IMG/VR virus record: IMGVR_UViG_3300044796_000401
From: a virus
Lineage: Duplodnaviria > Caudoviricetes
Length of the DNA stretch: 64,000 nucleotides
Direction: 5' to 3' (one strand)
The notes below the pieces were generated by a model. It saw only the letters and a list, made by a program, of their open reading frames with translations, made no database searches and was not told the origin of the DNA. Numbering within the stretch: the first letter of the stretch is position 1; every line of letters starts with the position of its first letter. Shown here piece by piece: positions 62,130 to 64,000 of the stretch. Position numbers and translations under genes: made by a program.

Positions 62130-64000
62130 TTAAAACTCGTCGTTGCCGAGCAATGCGGATGCGATGTCGATCGGCTTCTTCTCGGAGGCAACCACGGGCT
62201 TCAGCTTCTTGATCACCGGAGTTTCCTTCTTGGCGGCTGCCTTGGGCTCTTGCAGTTCGTTGGTCTCGTCCTGCTTCACGCGCTTGAACCCGCCCTCTTC
62301 GGCTTGCTGGTTCTCGATCGCTTCGGCGAACAGATCGCCTTCGTGATCCTGCTCGTTGTCGCGGCTCTCGCCGGTAGCGGTGTCGGATTCGAACTTCTTG
62401 GCCGCCTCGCCTGTGAACGACGGGATGACTTCCATCCCCGCGACTTCGGCTGCGGTGCGGATTTCGCCAGCGATCAGGCGGGCAAGGGGATCGGAGTCCG
62501 AGCCCTTGAGGGAGAAGAAGTCTTCCATCGACGCGATCTGGGTGTCGTCAAGGGAGGCTTCAAGGCTCTCGGCCGCGGACGGCGCGAAGAACTCCTCGCC
62601 GTTCCCGGCGGTGTGCTCGTCGCCCTCATTCGCCAGCGAGGAGACCTTGTCTTCCATCTCGTCTTCGTTGAAAATCTGCGAATAGTCAAGCTCTTCGCCC
62701 TCGACGTTCTCTTCGAGAATTTCCTTCTCAAGGGCGCTGATGGCTTCCTGGGCTTCTTCGATCTTTTCCTCGACGACCATCTTCTTCTCGTCGCTGAGGA
62801 CTTCCGCGGCATTGTCTTCCACCGGGGCTTCCTCCGCTGGAGGTAGCTCGGCCGGAGGCTCGATTGCGCCTTCGTCTGTCGGGGGAACGTCCCCGATCGG
62901 GGCTTCCGCGCCTTCCGCCGGAGGAGCGTCCGTGATGCCTACCGCGGGATCGTCCGCGGTCTTGGCTGCGCCGCACTTGGCGCACTTCTCGCCGTCCGCC
63001 AGCTTTGCGCATTCCGCGCACTTCTCGGCGTCCGCCTTCTTTTCCTTTTTCTTCTCGTCCTTCTTCTCGTCCTTCTTCACGCCAGCGTCCTTGGCGGCTG
63101 GAGCGGCGGCGGCCTTCGAAGCTTCCTTGCCCTTGCCTTCGCCCTCGGATTTGTTGATCGTGTTCGCCGGGCGGTTCGCCGCTTCCGTCTGCGACTTGCC
63201 GGAGCCAGCGTCCATTTCCTTCGGCTCGGAGTGGGTGCCGCCGCCGCATCCGCGCCCGTCATTGTAAGTTTCGACTTGGGGACCGGCATCCTTGCGGTCG
63301 TCCGCGACCTTGGCGGCAGCCTTCGCTTCGCCGTTGAGTTCGGATTTGATCGATGCCTTTTCCGACTTCAGAATGGAGGGGTCTTCGAGGAGATCGTTCA
63401 TTTCGACCTTGTGGACTTGCTTGAAGGTCTCGGCGACCTTCGAATAGTGCGCATTCTTCGCCGTCTGGCGGAGCATGGCATTCAGAACCGGGGTCGGGTT
63501 CTGGAGCAGATTCGCGGCGGCACTCTTCTGTACCTCCGCTGGCGCTGAAGGCAGCATCGTCTTGGCGATGGTCCAAGCGGCAGCGACGCGCTGTTGCGCT
63601 TCTTTCTTGATCGCTTCGCGCTTCGACTTTACTTCCGCAAGCTTTTCCTTCAAAGACGGCTTGCTGGGGGTCTGGGTTGCCATGGTAGAACCTTCCTTTT
63701 TGAGGCTTGAAGGGCCGGAATTGCCCTTCCTATTAGGGGATTGAAAACTGTTTTTCTCGCTTACTGGGGATTTTGCGCTTGCCATCGGGGTTGCAACGGG
63801 GGCTGCGGGCTCTTCGACAGGTGCCGGGACAGGTTCTCCGATGGGGGCCGCATCAAGCACGGGCTCCTCAATGGGGGCTGCCTCAGGAGCCACGGGGGCT
63901 TCTGGAATCGGTGCGGCTTCGGGGGCGAGGGGCGCTGCGGGTTCCGGAGCCATGCCCAGAGCTTCCGGGCCTCCCAAAAGGTCACCAACCGGGGCTTGCT
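62130..64000 (-). CDS. prohead scaffold-like protein, 5'-truncated by the window edge
   Basis: Frame stays open to position 64000. Pro/Glu/Ala linker, coiled coil and acidic tail with KxA motifs; located upstream of the capsid genes. Confidence 0.7.
   Translation of the reverse strand, partial: QAPVGDLLGGPEALGMAPEPAAPLAPEAAPIPEAPVAPEAAPIEEPVLDAAPIGEPVPAPVEEPAAPVATPMASAKSPVSEKNSFQSPNRKGNSGPSSLKKEGSTMATQTPSKPSLKEKLAEVKSKREAIKKEAQQRVAAAWTIAKTMLPSAPAEVQKSAAANLLQNPTPVLNAMLRQTAKNAHYSKVAETFKQVHKVEMNDLLEDPSILKSEKASIKSELNGEAKAAAKVADDRKDAGPQVETYNDGRGCGGGTHSEPKEMDAGSGKSQTEAANRPANTINKSEGEGKGKEASKAAAAPAAKDAGVKKDEKKDEKKKEKKADAEKCAECAKLADGEKCAKCGAAKTADDPAVGITDAPPAEGAEAPIGDVPPTDEGAIEPPAELPPAEEAPVEDNAAEVLSDEKKMVVEEKIEEAQEAISALEKEILEENVEGEELDYSQIFNEDEMEDKVSSLANEGDEHTAGNGEEFFAPSAAESLEASLDDTQIASMEDFFSLKGSDSDPLARLIAGEIRTAAEVAGMEVIPSFTGEAAKKFESDTATGESRDNEQDHEGDLFAEAIENQQAEEGGFKRVKQDETNELQEPKAAAKKETPVIKKLKPVVASEKKPIDIASALLGNDEF

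Noticed and set aside
1-64000. Stop-codon reassignment (code 15 or 4)
   Set aside because: Recognisable genes translate full length in code 11, and TAA, TAG and TGA all end genes at expected positions.
1-64000. CRISPR array, rRNA, integrase or transposase
   Set aside because: No regularly spaced repeats with unique spacers and no diagnostic motifs were seen; the repeats found are intragenic.

Overview
64-kb segment of a large (jumbo-type) tailed-phage genome, mostly encoded on the minus strand, covering the head and DNA-packaging region. It holds the terminase large subunit (with an Ala-start, class-3-type intein in the Walker A motif), a major capsid protein, a capsid-associated gene split by a compact 229-nt group I intron that the ORF track misses, a 5'-truncated scaffold-like gene, and several very large modular proteins punctuated by a recurring (K/R)-x-A-(A/D/S/G) motif. 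A ~16-kb glycan cluster encodes GDP-heptose and GDP-fucose-type sugar pathways, about 10 glycosyltransferase-like genes and 3 methyltransferases. Also present are a separate PMT/GT39-type membrane glycosyltransferase, a DNA methyltransferase and about 14 free-standing homing-endonuclease-like genes. The most unusual element is a tRNA(UUU)-like gene whose D-loop carries an inserted hairpin displaying the anti-Shine-Dalgarno sequence UCACCUCCU, followed by ~270 nt of highly paired non-coding sequence just upstream of terL. No CRISPR array, rRNA or integrase was seen. The host cannot be assigned from this window. All product calls come from motif recognition by eye; no database searches were run.
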